DNA from: an uncultured Candidatus Saccharibacteria bacterium
GTDB lineage: Bacteria > Patescibacteriota > Minisyncoccia > Phycocordibacterales > UBA918
Direction: 5' to 3'
DNA: 64,000 nucleotides
Assembly: GCA_964601615.1 (NCBI GenBank)
Contig: CAZRNZ010000002.1
Coordinates: 142,826 to 206,825 of the forward strand
Below, piece by piece: positions 11,213 through 21,448 of the stretch. A program made the position numbers and the translations under genes. Position 1 is the first letter of the stretch. Every line of letters starts with the position of its first letter. The notes under the pieces were generated by a model, which did not search any database, had not been told where the DNA came from, and was given only the letters and a program-made list of their open reading frames with translations.

Positions 11213-12400
11213 ATGGCAGATTACGATCGTTCAAAGCCGCATATGAACGTAGGTACCATTGGTCACGTAGACCATGGTAAGACTACTCTTACTGCTGCTC
11301 TTCTAAACGTACTTAACACTAAGGGTGGAGAGTACGGAGCTAACATTAAAGCTGTTGAGGATATCGACAAGGCTCCTGAAGAAAAGGCTCGTGGTATTAC
11401 TATTTCACTTTCTCACAGTGAATACTGGACTCCAAACCGTCACTACGCACACATTGACGCTCCAGGCCACGCCGACTACATCAAGAACATGATTACTGGT
11501 GCTGCACAGATGGACGGTGCTATCCTAGTGGTAGCTGCTACCGACGGTGCTATGCCTCAGACTCGTGAGCACGTGCTTCTAGCTAAGCAGGTTGGTGTAC
11601 CTAAGATTATCGTTTTCCTTAACAAGTGCGACATGGTTGAGGACGAAGAGATGCTTATGCTTGTTGAAGAAGAACTTCGTGAACTTCTAGCAAGTAACGG
11701 TTACGACAGCGATGCTCCTATTATTAAGGGTTCTGGTCTTCAGGCTCTTGATAATCCTACAAGTGATTGGGGGAATAAGGTTATTGAGTTGGTGGACACT
11801 ATGGACACTTACTTCCCAATGCCTGAGCGTGAACTAGACAAGCCATTCCTTATGCCAGTTGAGGACATCTTCTCAATTGAAGGACGTGGTACGGTAGTAA
11901 CCGGTCGTGTAGAGCGTGGTAAGGTAACCGTTGGTACTGAGATTGAAATCGTAGGTATCAAGGACACTACTAAATCTACTGTTACTGGTGTTGAGATGTT
12001 CAACAAGTCACTTGATGCTGCACAAGCTGGTGACAACGCTGGTATCCTTTTGCGCGGTACTAAGAAGGAAGATGTACACCGTGGACAAGTGTTGTCTGCT
12101 GTTGGTTCAATCACTCCTCATACTGAGTTCGAAGCTGAGGTTTACGTACTTGGTAAAGATGAGGGTGGTCGTCACACTCCATTCTTCTCTGGTTATAAGC
12201 CACAATTCTATGTTCGTACAACTGACGTAACTGGTGAAGTTACTTTGGCTGACGGTGTAGAGATGGTTATGCCAGGTGACACTGCAACTTTCAAAGTTAA
12301 GCTAGTAGCTCCAGTAGCTCTTGAAGAAAAGCAATCATTTGCTATTCGTGAAGGAGGTAGAACTGTAGGTGCTGGTGTTGTAACCAAGATCGTTGTTTAG
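11213..12400 (+). CDS. tuf: Elongation factor Tu.
   Basis: [21 protein letters not shown] and NKCD motifs. 395 aa. Confidence 0.97.
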   Translation: MADYDRSKPHMNVGTIGHVDHGKTTLTAALLNVLNTKGGEYGANIKAVEDIDKAPEEKARGITISLSHSEYWTPNRHYAHIDAPGHADYIKNMITGAAQMDGAILVVAATDGAMPQTREHVLLAKQVGVPKIIVFLNKCDMVEDEEMLMLVEEELRELLASNGYDSDAPIIKGSGLQALDNPTSDWGNKVIELVDTMDTYFPMPERELDKPFLMPVEDIFSIEGRGTVVTGRVERGKVTVGTEIEIVGIKDTTKSTVTGVEMFNKSLDAAQAGDNAGILLRGTKKEDVHRGQVLSAVGSITPHTEFEAEVYVLGKDEGGRHTPFFSGYKPQFYVRTTDVTGEVTLADGVEMVMPGDTATFKVKLVAPVALEEKQSFAIREGGRTVGAGVVTKIVV

Positions 12401-12437
12401 TCAACAATATTGATTTCAGAATTTAGCACTTTCAAAT

Positions 12438-12809
12438 ATGGCAACTGCAACTAAAAAAACAACAACAAAACGTACAACTAAGAAGGATGTTAACCCTTCT
12501 GATGTACAAAAGTTACGTATCCGCGTACGCGCTTACGAACACAAGATTCTTGATACTTCAGTGAAGCAAATCATTGACACTGCTATGCGCTTTGATGCGT
12601 CAGTAGTAGGGCCAATTCCTTTGCCAACTGAAATCAAGAAGTACACAGTTAACCGCTCGACGTTCATCGATAAAGATGCGCGAGAACAATTCGAAATGCG
12701 CCTTCATAAGCGTGTTCTCGATATCCTCAATCCGAGCGCTAAAGTAGTAGAAGCTTTGACCAATCTTTCACTTCCTTCTGGAGTATCGATTGATGTCAAA
12801 ATGAGCTAG
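12438..12809 (+). CDS. rpsJ: 30S ribosomal protein S10, with a K/T-rich N-terminal extension.
   Basis: LRIRVRAYEHKILDTSVKQIIDTAMRFDASVVGPIPLPTEIKKYTVNRSTFIDKDAREQFEMRLHKR. Confidence 0.9.
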   Translation: MATATKKTTTKRTTKKDVNPSDVQKLRIRVRAYEHKILDTSVKQIIDTAMRFDASVVGPIPLPTEIKKYTVNRSTFIDKDAREQFEMRLHKRVLDILNPSAKVVEALTNLSLPSGVSIDVKMS

Positions 12810-12825
12810 TTGCCATTTTAGAAAA

Positions 12826-12863
12826 GAAAAGCACCGCGGGCCGAAGGCCCGCGGTGCTTTTCG
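12826..12863 (+). terminator. Terminator after rpsJ (GCACCGCGGGCC-GAA-GGCCCGCGGTGC plus T-run).
   Basis: 12-bp GC stem. It cuts rpsJ off from rplC. Confidence 0.7.
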
Positions 12864-12884
12864 ATATATAAATAAAACAAAAAA

Positions 12885-12924
12885 TACCCGACGAGTGTTT
12901 ATAGCCTCGTCGGGCTTTGTTTTA
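12885..12924 (+). terminator. Second tandem terminator (CCCGACGAG...CTCGTCGGG plus T-run).
   Basis: 9-bp stem plus CTTTGTTTT. Confidence 0.55.
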
Positions 12925-13137
12925 CCGAATTGACTGTCGGTACAGCTGACTTGTAGGCCTCGTAGTCCTACGTATCAGGAATGGAAATGAGGATTAAGAA
13001 TCCGAAAGCAGTTAACGCCTTTTTTCCGGCTTCGTATTTCCCCATGAAAAACTCCTTTAAGGATCTGCCTGTGGGAATAGAGAAATGGCTATGGGAGGTC
13101 ATTTCTCTTCTGACATAGTGCTACTTTAATTAGAAAA

Positions 13138-13935
13138 ATGCAAGTTTTTAGCTGTTTATGCTATATTGGGCGAGTGAAAAATACCAAAAGTAAACTAAAG
13201 GACGAGAAGATTTATATCTATGGTCGCCACTCACTAGTGGAAGCTCTTCGTGATGCACCTCATACTATTAAGACAGTTTTTCTAGAAAATGCTGAAAATG
13301 AGCCAGAAATTGTATCTTTAGCTGAAGTTGGTAAGGTGCCAGTAAAGCAACTTGGTAATGAAGCTCGGGCAGTAGGGAAAGACGCTGTTCATCAAGGTGT
13401 AATTGGAGTCTTTAACCCAAAGGCACTTTTTGTTGATTTAAAGAAATTTCTCGATGAGGTTGATTTAAGTACGAATCCCGCAGTAGCGGTTTGTGCTGAG
13501 GTACAAGATCCACACAACCTTGGAGCTATTATACGTTCAGCGGCAGCACTTGGTATGTCTGCAGTAATTATTCCTGAACACCGCCAAGTTTCTATTACTG
13601 GAACGGTGGTAAAAACTTCTGTAGGAATGGTTTTTCGCATCCCAATTATTAGGGTTGGTAATGTAAATCAGACGCTAACTACTTTAAAGGAATCTGGTTT
13701 CTGGACTTATGGACTAGATATGGAAGGGGAGGTTTTGACTGAGACAAAGTTTGACCGACCAAGTGTATTCATTGTAGGGAATGAAGGAGCTGGTATTCGG
13801 GAAAAATCTTTAGAGCTTTGCGATTATCGCCTTTCTATTCCGATGCACTCTCGCACTGAATCACTAAATGCGGCAGTTTCAGCTGCTGTAGTATTCTATG
13901 AGTGGAGTCGTCAAAATCCATCTCATTTAAAATAA
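13138..13935 (+). CDS. TrmH/SpoU-family RNA 2'-O-methyltransferase (RlmB-like). The true start may be GTG at 13174.
   Basis: N-terminal IYGRHSLVEAL..., and C-terminal GNEGAGIREKSLELCDYRLSIPMHSRTESLNAAVSAAVVFYEW (SPOUT motif). Confidence 0.8.
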   Translation: MQVFSCLCYIGRVKNTKSKLKDEKIYIYGRHSLVEALRDAPHTIKTVFLENAENEPEIVSLAEVGKVPVKQLGNEARAVGKDAVHQGVIGVFNPKALFVDLKKFLDEVDLSTNPAVAVCAEVQDPHNLGAIIRSAAALGMSAVIIPEHRQVSITGTVVKTSVGMVFRIPIIRVGNVNQTLTTLKESGFWTYGLDMEGEVLTETKFDRPSVFIVGNEGAGIREKSLELCDYRLSIPMHSRTESLNAAVSAAVVFYEWSRQNPSHLK

Positions 13936-13937
13936 TT

Positions 13938-14810
13938 ATGTTAGAGCAAAAAGACGTTATCACTTCTGCCTGGAATGATTATGAATTAATCGATTCAGGA
14001 AACGGTCGAAAGTTGGAGCGTTTTGGTGTGATTGTTACTGATCGCCCAGATACTCAGTCTATTTGGTCTCCTTTGAATCCAGAAGCTTGGAAAAAAGCTG
14101 ATGCTAAATTTACCTTTGAAGGAAAAGAAGGAAAGTGGTCTTTTCAAACTGATGTACCAGAAAAGTGGAACATTAATTTTGATAAACTAACTTTTGGTTT
14201 GCGTCTTGGAAACTTTAAGCATTTGGGGCTTTTCCCAGAACATGCTAGTCAATGGACTTGGATTCAGGAAAAAGTTTCGGAGCTTAATAAAACCGAAAAT
14301 GCCAATATTTTAAACCTCTTTGGTTATACCGGAGCAGCTAGTTTGGCAGCTGCCTCTACTGGTGCGAAAGTTACTCATGTAGATTCATCTAAACAATCAG
14401 TAGAGTGGGCAAGTGAAAATGCCAAGGCTTCGGGAATTGAAGATGGTATTCGTTGGATTGTTGATGACGCGGTAGCTTTTGTGAAGCGAGAAGCAAAAAG
14501 AGGAGTTAGTTACGATGGAATTATTCTTGATCCGCCAGCTTTTGGTCGTGGTGCCAAAGGTCAGGTCTGGCATATCGAAGAAGATTTGATGCCACTCCTG
14601 GGTGAATTAAAAGAAATCTTGTCTAACAAACCAGGTTCTTTTGTATTACTTTCTGGTTATGCTGCTGGTTTTGCACCACAATCTTTTGCTCAAGCAGTAG
14701 AAAGTATTTTTGGTTCAGAAATTTCTGGTACTTTCGGTAATCTTAACCTGCAAGAATCAAATTCTGACCGTGTAATTCCAACTGGTATTTACGTGAGATT
14801 TGAGAGATAA
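13938..14810 (+). CDS. Class I SAM-dependent (rRNA) methyltransferase, RlmI/YccW-like.
   Basis: LNLFGYTGAASLAAASTGAKVTHVDSSKQS (SAM-binding) and DGIILDPPAFGRG (DPPxF catalytic motif). The start at 13938 immediately follows the upstream stop. Confidence 0.6.
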   Translation: MLEQKDVITSAWNDYELIDSGNGRKLERFGVIVTDRPDTQSIWSPLNPEAWKKADAKFTFEGKEGKWSFQTDVPEKWNINFDKLTFGLRLGNFKHLGLFPEHASQWTWIQEKVSELNKTENANILNLFGYTGAASLAAASTGAKVTHVDSSKQSVEWASENAKASGIEDGIRWIVDDAVAFVKREAKRGVSYDGIILDPPAFGRGAKGQVWHIEEDLMPLLGELKEILSNKPGSFVLLSGYAAGFAPQSFAQAVESIFGSEISGTFGNLNLQESNSDRVIPTGIYVRFER

Positions 14811-15098
14811 AATATTTGCAATTTTTTGAATAAAAAAGTAGAGTGGCAACCCTTTGAGCAAAGGGAGAAATATTGTGTCACATCATGAGGATGGAAAAGA
14901 CATTAGTCCAGCACTTCTTGAGACTGGAGAGGAACGTAAGAAAAAACGGATAGACGCTTTGGGTGCGTCTATCACCAATATCCATACAGGAGATCTTACG
15001 GAAGAATAGACTGAAATTTATGTCCAAATATTAAGGACAAAGATTGAAAGACCCACCAGTTTTACCAGCGGTATGGTTTTTTGATAGCTAATTTGTAT

Positions 15099-15131
15099 GC
15101 AACTCTGATAGATTCAGGGTTGCTTTTTTTA
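15099..15131 (+). terminator. Hairpin plus T7 run (GCAACTCTGA-TAGAT-TCAGGGTTGC-TTTTTTT) in the rpsJ-rplC gap.
   Basis: Imperfect 10-bp stem followed by seven T. Confidence 0.55.
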
Positions 15132-15213
15132 TAAAATCCAGTATAGTACCCGAGTCTTTAAGACCTAAGTTCGTTGATGGAAAGCTTGCTTTCTTGAGAA
15201 CCAATGGGCGATG

Positions 15214-15260
15214 GCCGCATTTAAAGCGGGCTTAAGCCCGCTTTAAATGCGGCTTTTTAT
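15214..15260 (+). terminator. Strong hairpin plus T-run 40 nt upstream of rplC (18-bp perfect stem GCCGCATTTAAAGCGGGC-TTAA-GCCCGCTTTAAATGCGGC). Could be a terminator or an attenuator.
   Basis: Perfect 18-bp inverted repeat followed by TTTTT. Confidence 0.65.
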
Positions 15261-15299
15261 ATCTCCCGGTCAAAGACATTTATCAGATAACCTAGATAA

Positions 15300-15932
15300 A
15301 TGAAGTTTATTTTAGGAACAAAGGATAAGATGACACAAGTCTTCGATGAGAAGGGTGTTTGTTATCCGGTAACAGTTTTGCGTGTTGATCCGCTAACTGT
15401 AACAGCTATAAAATTGGCTGAAAAAGATGGCTACAATGCAGTGCAGGTAGCTGGTGGTGAACAAAAAGAGTTTCGTCTTGGAAAGGCTGATTTAGGTCAC
15501 CAAGGTGGAGCTAAAAAGTTTGTTAAAGAGTTTCGCGCGCGCGAGTCTCAGAATGAGAAAATTGAAGGAGTTGAAGTTGGACAAACTATCGACGCTTCAG
15601 TATTTACTCCAGGAGACAAAGTAACAGTGTCTGCTATTTCTAAGGGTAAGGGATTCCAGGGTGTAGTTAAGCGCTACAGATTCGGTGGAGACCTCGCTTC
15701 TCACGGACGTAAGCACTCACTTCGTGCTCCGGGTTCTATTGGTGGTGGTGGTCGCGCAGGCGGTCGCGTTATCAAAGGTATGCGTATGGCTGGCCGTATG
15801 GGTGGTGATCGTATTACTGTGAAGAATCTTTCAATCGTTCAGGTTAACCCTAACGAAAACATTATCCTTGTGAAGGGAGCTATCCCGGGTCGAAAGGGTA
15901 CTTTAGTAGAAGTTCGCGGTATCACCGCTTAA
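15300..15932 (+). CDS. rplC: 50S ribosomal protein L3.
   Basis: MKFILGTKDKMTQVFDEKG... and full-length L3. Confidence 0.95.
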   Translation: MKFILGTKDKMTQVFDEKGVCYPVTVLRVDPLTVTAIKLAEKDGYNAVQVAGGEQKEFRLGKADLGHQGGAKKFVKEFRARESQNEKIEGVEVGQTIDASVFTPGDKVTVSAISKGKGFQGVVKRYRFGGDLASHGRKHSLRAPGSIGGGGRAGGRVIKGMRMAGRMGGDRITVKNLSIVQVNPNENIILVKGAIPGRKGTLVEVRGITA

Positions 15933-15949
15933 TGCCTTAACCAAAAGTT

Positions 15950-16612
15950 ATGAAAGCACAAATATTCAAACAAGATGGTGGCAAGGGATCAGAAATCACA
16001 TTGTCTGAAAATATTTTCGGAGCGAAGTGGAATCCAGACCTTGTTCATGAGGTGGTTGTAGCTATGCAGGGTAATGCTCGTGCTGGTACAGCTGATGCTA
16101 AAGACCGTGGAGAAGTTCGCGGAGGTGGTAAAAAGCCTTGGAAGCAAAAGGGTACTGGACGTGCTCGTCATGGTTCACGTCGTTCTCCAATTTGGAAGGG
16201 CGGTGGTGTAGCTCATGGACCTCTAGCTGAAAAAGATTATAGCCGTAAAATTAACAAGAAAGTTAAGGCTAAGGCTCTAGCTAGCGTACTTTCTAAAAAG
16301 AATGCTGATAGCGAAGTTATCTTTGTTGAAACATTGAACTTTGCTAATCCAAAGGCTGCTGATGCTAAAAACATCATCAAGTCCCTAGCGACAGCTTCTG
16401 ACAAGAAGGAACTAGCAACTAAGAGAAAGAATGCTGCAGTTATCGTTCTTAATGACCGTGATGTTGCAACTGAACTAAGTTTCCGTAACTTCGGCAACTA
16501 CGAGGTTGTAATGGCAAAGGATGTTAACCCAGTTGATCTTCTTACTTACAAGTACGTTATCGTGTCTAATCCAGAAGCTTCTTTGGAGGTTTTGGAAAGT
16601 CGTGTAGCGTAA
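15950..16612 (+). CDS. rplD: 50S ribosomal protein L4.
   Basis: KPWKQKGTGRARHGSRRSPIWKGGGVAHGP. Confidence 0.95.
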   Translation: MKAQIFKQDGGKGSEITLSENIFGAKWNPDLVHEVVVAMQGNARAGTADAKDRGEVRGGGKKPWKQKGTGRARHGSRRSPIWKGGGVAHGPLAEKDYSRKINKKVKAKALASVLSKKNADSEVIFVETLNFANPKAADAKNIIKSLATASDKKELATKRKNAAVIVLNDRDVATELSFRNFGNYEVVMAKDVNPVDLLTYKYVIVSNPEASLEVLESRVA

Positions 16613-16629
16613 TTAGATAATTATAAAAT

Positions 16630-16995
16630 ATGGCACTTTTTAGTCGAAAAACTCCAGCGAAGAAGACTGCTTCTGTAAAGAAGAGTGATGCTGCAGTAGT
16701 ACCAACAGTTGAGCGTGACCTTTCAGGAATCATTCGTTCACCTCGTATTACTGAAAAAGCAATGCGTAACAGCGAGAAGAATGTGTACACATTCGAAGTA
16801 GCAAGAACTGCTACTAAGTTTGATGTTCGCGATGCTGTTAAGAAATTCTTCAATGTGACGCCGGTGAAAGTAAACATCGTAAACAAAGCTCCTAGACAAT
16901 TTAAGACTACTAACAACCGTCGTACAAAAACTGAACACGGTATGAAGAAGGCTTATGTCTATCTTAAGAAGGGAGACACAATCTCTCTTGTATAA
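16630..16995 (+). CDS. rplW: 50S ribosomal protein L23, with an N-terminal extension.
   Basis: IIRSPRITEKAMRNSEKNVYTFEVARTATKFDVRDAVKKFFNVTPVKVNI. Confidence 0.9.
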   Translation: MALFSRKTPAKKTASVKKSDAAVVPTVERDLSGIIRSPRITEKAMRNSEKNVYTFEVARTATKFDVRDAVKKFFNVTPVKVNIVNKAPRQFKTTNNRRTKTEHGMKKAYVYLKKGDTISLV

Positions 16996-17036
16996 AGTTA
17001 TTACAGTTATGGGTTTCAAAACCCGCAAAGTAAATT

Positions 17037-17897
17037 ATGAAAAAATATAAACCAACCTCAGCCGGTCGTCGTGGAATGACTGTGATTGAGTACAAAAAGA
17101 AGCTTTCTTCTACTTCAAGCAAGCCTCTGAAGTCTCTAACTAAGGGTCGCCGTTCAACTGGTGGACGCAACAGTCAGGGACGTACTACCAACTTCTATCG
17201 TGGAGCTGGAAACAAGCGCACTTATCGTGATATTGATTTCAAGTTCAACAAGAAGGATGTTCCAGCTCGTATCGAGACTATTGAATACGATCCTTTCCGT
17301 ACTGGATTCATTGCTTTGGCATTGTATGCAGATGGTGAGCGTCGTTACGTTCTTGTTCCTCAGAACATGAAAGTAGGTGATACATTTGTTGTTTCTGAAA
17401 CTGCAAAAATCACTACTGGTAACCGTCTTCCTTTGGCAAAAATCCCAGTTGGTACATTCGTGTACGCAGTTGAGATGAAGCCAGGAGCTGGTGCTCGTAT
17501 TGCTCGTTCTGCTGGTAACTACGCTGAAGTAGTTGCTCAGGACGGTAGTTATACTCAACTACGTATGCCTTCTACTGAAATTCGTAAGATTCTAAGTAGC
17601 TCATGGGCATCAGTTGGAGAAGTATCTAATGAAGAGAATCGTCTTGTTAAAATTGGTAAGGCAGGTCGCGCACGTCATATGGGACTTCGTCCTAAGACTC
17701 GTGGTACTGCTAAGAACGCCGTTGACCACCCACATGGAGGTGGAGAAGGACGTCAGCCACGTGGACACAAGCGCTCTCGTACTAAGCAAGGTCGTCCGAC
17801 CGGAAAAGGTCAGAAGACTCGTAGTCCGAAGAAGTACTCTAATAAGTTTATCGTTAATAGACGAAAGCCTGGAGTACGTATGCGAAGTGGTAAGTAA
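17037..17897 (+). CDS. rplB: 50S ribosomal protein L2.
   Basis: Conserved L2 core (...GRNSQGRTT..., HPHGGGEGR). Confidence 0.95.
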   Translation: MKKYKPTSAGRRGMTVIEYKKKLSSTSSKPLKSLTKGRRSTGGRNSQGRTTNFYRGAGNKRTYRDIDFKFNKKDVPARIETIEYDPFRTGFIALALYADGERRYVLVPQNMKVGDTFVVSETAKITTGNRLPLAKIPVGTFVYAVEMKPGAGARIARSAGNYAEVVAQDGSYTQLRMPSTEIRKILSSSWASVGEVSNEENRLVKIGKAGRARHMGLRPKTRGTAKNAVDHPHGGGEGRQPRGHKRSRTKQGRPTGKGQKTRSPKKYSNKFIVNRRKPGVRMRSGK

Positions 17898-17917
17898 ACC
17901 CTACGTAAAGAATAAAA

Positions 17918-17952
17918 TAAAACAGCGCCCCTTTGGGGCGCTGTTTTATTTT
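17918..17952 (+). terminator. Terminator directly after rplB (AAACAGCGCCCC-TTTG-GGGCGCTGTTT plus T-run).
   Basis: 12-bp stem. It separates rplB from rpsS. Confidence 0.7.
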
Positions 17953-17986
17953 AGATAATTGAATACGTTTTCATTTTATGCTCTAA

Positions 17987-18349
17987 TTGAATCAGATAGC
18001 ATTAAAGAAAGGTTTTTCGATGCAATGCATGAGACTGCCTTCGCGAACTATTTCTGGAGAGCCTTTTCTAGAACCTTTACCAGACGGTGATTATGCTCTG
18101 ATTTGTTTTAGAGGTACTTATAGTAACGAAAATAAATTTGGGTTTACCTTACCAAATCCTTTTCCTTGGTGGATTGAGATAGTTCGTTTCTCTGACTGTG
18201 TTTGTTACGATGTTTGCGAAGGATCAAATATTTCAGAAATGTTGTTGCGCACAACTCCTAAAGAGGTGCTTATTATAGAAATGTCGGTAGGAAAAAGAAG
18301 AGAGCTTGATGATATTTTATCTCAGAGAAATATTGAATTAGTTGAGTAA
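17987..18349 (+). CDS. Hypothetical protein inserted between rplB and rpsS.
   Basis: ORF of 120 aa with an uncertain start, followed by a terminator hairpin at about 18361-18393. Confidence 0.35.
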   Translation: MNQIALKKGFSMQCMRLPSRTISGEPFLEPLPDGDYALICFRGTYSNENKFGFTLPNPFPWWIEIVRFSDCVCYDVCEGSNISEMLLRTTPKEVLIIEMSVGKRRELDDILSQRNIELVE

Positions 18350-18469
18350 TAAAATTTATTAAAACCACCTGAATCTCAGGTGGTTTTTCTTTTATAAGAT
18401 AAAGCATTGATTTAATTTTTTGGAGGTGTAGATTAGGATTCAGTTTGATCTTAAGAAGGAGGAAAATAA

Positions 18470-19138
18470 ATGCCGTCTAAAGGTAAGAATGCTCACTCTG
18501 GCCAAAATCAGGGTTCTGCTCGCAAAAAGCAGAACCGTTTGCGGAAGTGGACAATCAACTTTCAATCTAAGAAGAGAGCGCTCAACACCGCCCAAGACTT
18601 GCAGGATGCTGTGGAGTGCGAGATTGTCATTCGTGATATCGAGCAGATTACTGGTTCGCGTGACTGGAAAAGTGCTTTCTCTGATACTGTACGGATTCGT
18701 CCAGGTCTGGAGAAGTATTTTGGTGGCAGTGTGATAAATACTCTCGATTATTTACAGTTCGAGGCCAACCTTGATGGTACTAGCTTCGAGCGTGAAGCTT
18801 TGAGTCGTTTGATTGCTCTTGGTTATCAGCTTGAAGAGATCGAGGTTGAATTTGGCTTTGATGATAAACGGGAAAAGTGGGGAAGGTGTGTCTGGTACAA
18901 GGATCATCCTTCGTATCATGACACCAAAAAGTTAGAGGAAATGAAGCCCTTTTTGCATATAATTGCACCTTTGGGACTGAATTTCCTTATTTCTTGGTTT
19001 AAGACTGAGAACTGTGGAGATCAGGAGTTTACTCTTACTTCTACCCAATTCGCTCCGCATTTCGTGTTCCATAAAACTATTATTTTCCGGAAGGTAGTTT
19101 TATCACTGCCGCCTCAGAATTATGCTAAAGCAGCGTGA
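18470..19138 (+). CDS. Hypothetical protein, 222 aa. It is GC-richer than its surroundings and is inserted between rplB and rpsS.
   Basis: Strong RBS AAGGAGGAAAATAA-ATG. Basic N-terminus. Local GC visibly elevated. Followed by a terminator (GGCCCGCGC-GAA-GCGCGGGCC) at about 19153-19185. Confidence 0.5.
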   Translation: MPSKGKNAHSGQNQGSARKKQNRLRKWTINFQSKKRALNTAQDLQDAVECEIVIRDIEQITGSRDWKSAFSDTVRIRPGLEKYFGGSVINTLDYLQFEANLDGTSFEREALSRLIALGYQLEEIEVEFGFDDKREKWGRCVWYKDHPSYHDTKKLEEMKPFLHIIAPLGLNFLISWFKTENCGDQEFTLTSTQFAPHFVFHKTIIFRKVVLSLPPQNYAKAA

Positions 19139-19387
19139 TTCTGGAAAATGTATGGCCCGCGCGAAGCGCGGGCCATTTTGTTTGACATTTAGCCTTATTT
19201 CACGTAATATTGCCCCGTTCCAAACCTCGAGCCATTTATTTCCCTGGCAGGAAATAATAGGCACAAATTAGAACAATTTATCAGGTTTGGGGTCTCTGTT
19301 AAGGACGGCCGTTACCTTTCTTTACAAGAGATCCCAAAAAGGCGTTTATGCGCCGTTTTGTCGTATATTGAAGCGAATTTCCAATTT

Positions 19388-19723
19388 ATGTCACGATCGC
19401 TATACAAAGGACCATATATAGATGAGCGCCTGCTCAAGAAAATCGCTGGCAAAAAAGCTAGCGAGACTGGCGTTATCAACACTTGGTCAAGAGACGCTGT
19501 AATCTCACCAGAAATGGTTGGGTTTACTTTTGGCGTTCATAACGGTAGAGCTCACATTGAGGTAATGGCCACTGAAGAAATGGTTGGTCATCGTCTTGGT
19601 GAGTTTTCACCTACTACAAAATTCCTTCGTCACGGAGGTAAGATGCAGAAGGAACTTGATCAGAAGAAGAAGGATGCAGAAATTGCAGCCGCTAAAGCAG
19701 CTAAGTCTTCAGATAAGAAATAG
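19388..19723 (+). CDS. rpsS: 30S ribosomal protein S19. The start is taken at the internal [10 protein letters not shown] rather than the ORF-track start at 19358.
   Basis: [12 protein letters not shown]...[45 protein letters not shown]. Confidence 0.9.
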   Translation: MSRSLYKGPYIDERLLKKIAGKKASETGVINTWSRDAVISPEMVGFTFGVHNGRAHIEVMATEEMVGHRLGEFSPTTKFLRHGGKMQKELDQKKKDAEIAAAKAAKSSDKK

Positions 19724-19726
19724 TAT

Positions 19727-20044
19727 ATGAAAGCTGTTCTAAAAAATTATCGCCAATCTCCTCGTAAGGTTCGCCTTATTGCAGATTTGGTTAGAGGTAA
19801 GAAGGTAGAAGAGGCTCTTCGTACTCTTTCTTTTGTTGATAAAAGAGCTTCTCTTCCTTTCTCAAAAGTAATCCTTTCTGCTGCTGCTAACGCAGAGCAG
19901 TCTGGAAGATCTTTAGATTCTCTAAAGATCGCTAAAGTTTCGGTCGACAAGGGTGTTGTTTTCACTCGTTTTATGCCACGTGCTCGCGGTAGTGCATCTC
20001 CGATCAATCGCCGCTCAAGTCACATAACTATTGAATTGAAATAA
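19727..20044 (+). CDS. rplV: 50S ribosomal protein L22.
   Basis: Typical L22. 105 aa. Confidence 0.9.
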   Translation: MKAVLKNYRQSPRKVRLIADLVRGKKVEEALRTLSFVDKRASLPFSKVILSAAANAEQSGRSLDSLKIAKVSVDKGVVFTRFMPRARGSASPINRRSSHITIELK

Positions 20045-20045
20045 T

Positions 20046-20771
20046 ATGACACACATAGCACACCCATTCGTTCAACGTATTGGAATCAACCGTGACTGGC
20101 GTAGCCGCTGGTTCACAGCTGACAAAAAGCGTTTCCGCGAATATCTTCGTACTGATGCTGCTATCCGTAAACTTCTAGCAAAGCGCTTGAAGGGAATGTC
20201 TGTTGACGTTATCGAGATTGAGCGTGATGAGAAAGCAATTCGCGTTATCATCAAGTCTGCTCGTCCAGGATTGGTTATTGGTCGCAGTGGTGAAGGAGCT
20301 ACTAAGATTAAGAAAGAAATCGATCTTCTTCTTAGAACTCTTAAGCTTTCTGAAAAGCCAGAACTAAAAATTGATATTGAAGAAATTCGTTCACCAGAAA
20401 CATCAGCTGAAATAGTTGGTCAGATGGTGGCCGAAGGTCTAGAAAAGCGTATTCAGTTCCGTCGTATTTTGAAGCAAACAATCGAGAAGGTTATGGCTAA
20501 TCGTGATGTACAAGGTGTACGTATCATGATGTCAGGTCGTCTTGGTGGTGCTGATATGTCTCGTACTGAAGAGCTAAAGAAGGGTCGTATTCCACTTCAG
20601 ACTTTGCGTGCTGACATCGACTTCGCTCGTGTTCGCGCAAATCTTCCTTATGGAGTTATTGGAATTAAGGTTTGGATTTACCGTGGTGATGTCTTCGCAG
20701 ACCGTCGCGCTGGAGCAAATACTCGTGAAGAGTCAGCTCAGAATCGTCCAAATCGCCGTACTCGTAATTAA
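20046..20771 (+). CDS. rpsC: 30S ribosomal protein S3.
   Basis: KH and S3 C-terminal domains (GVRIMMSGRLGGADMSRTEELKKGRIPLQTLRADIDF). Confidence 0.95.
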   Translation: MTHIAHPFVQRIGINRDWRSRWFTADKKRFREYLRTDAAIRKLLAKRLKGMSVDVIEIERDEKAIRVIIKSARPGLVIGRSGEGATKIKKEIDLLLRTLKLSEKPELKIDIEEIRSPETSAEIVGQMVAEGLEKRIQFRRILKQTIEKVMANRDVQGVRIMMSGRLGGADMSRTEELKKGRIPLQTLRADIDFARVRANLPYGVIGIKVWIYRGDVFADRRAGANTREESAQNRPNRRTRN

Positions 20772-20780
20772 TAAACTACT

Positions 20781-21212
20781 ATGCTGTTTCCTAAGAAAGT
20801 AAAACACCGCAAGTGGCAAGTAGGCCGCAAAAGCGAAGTAAAACTATCTCGTCCTGAGACAAGAGGTATTACTGTTGCTTTTGGTTCGTATGGTCTTGAA
20901 GCTACTTCACCAGCGCGTGTAAAAAGTAATCAGATTGAGGCGGCGCGTCGAGTTATTTCTCGTACGCTTGGTAAGACTGGAAAAATATGGATTCGTATTT
21001 TCCCAGATCGTCCAGTAACCCAAAAAGCTGCTGAAACTCCGATGGGTAAGGGTAAGGGTGATCCAGATCACTTCGTATTTGAGGTTGCTCCAGGTCGAGT
21101 ATTATTCGAGGTAGATGGTGTGTCTGAAGACATTGCTCGTGAAGCAATGCGTAAGGCTACTGCCAAGTTGCCACTTAAGGGTCGTTTTGTTACCCGTGAT
21201 GGTGCTAAATAA
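20781..21212 (+). CDS. rplP: 50S ribosomal protein L16.
   Basis: MLFPKKVKHRKWQ... Confidence 0.95.
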   Translation: MLFPKKVKHRKWQVGRKSEVKLSRPETRGITVAFGSYGLEATSPARVKSNQIEAARRVISRTLGKTGKIWIRIFPDRPVTQKAAETPMGKGKGDPDHFVFEVAPGRVLFEVDGVSEDIAREAMRKATAKLPLKGRFVTRDGAK

Positions 21213-21238
21213 GCACTATCAATTTCAAAGAAACTTTT

Positions 21239-21445
21239 ATGACAAAGATGAATGAAATAAAGAAGATGAAGGACAACGACCTAATCAAGCTTGTTGGCGA
21301 AAAGAGAGAAGAAATTCGTTCTTTCCGCTTCGGTACTGCTGGACGCAATGTTAGCGCTCACAGAATCGCTCGCAAAGATGTGGCTCGTGCATTAACTGAA
21401 CTAAATGATCGTCGCCTCGGAGAGGATACTCTCCCTAATGCCTAA
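21239..21445 (+). CDS. rpmC: 50S ribosomal protein L29.
   Basis: Small helical protein with an L29 pattern. Confidence 0.85.
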   Translation: MTKMNEIKKMKDNDLIKLVGEKREEIRSFRFGTAGRNVSAHRIARKDVARALTELNDRRLGEDTLPNA

Positions 21446-21448
21446 TAA

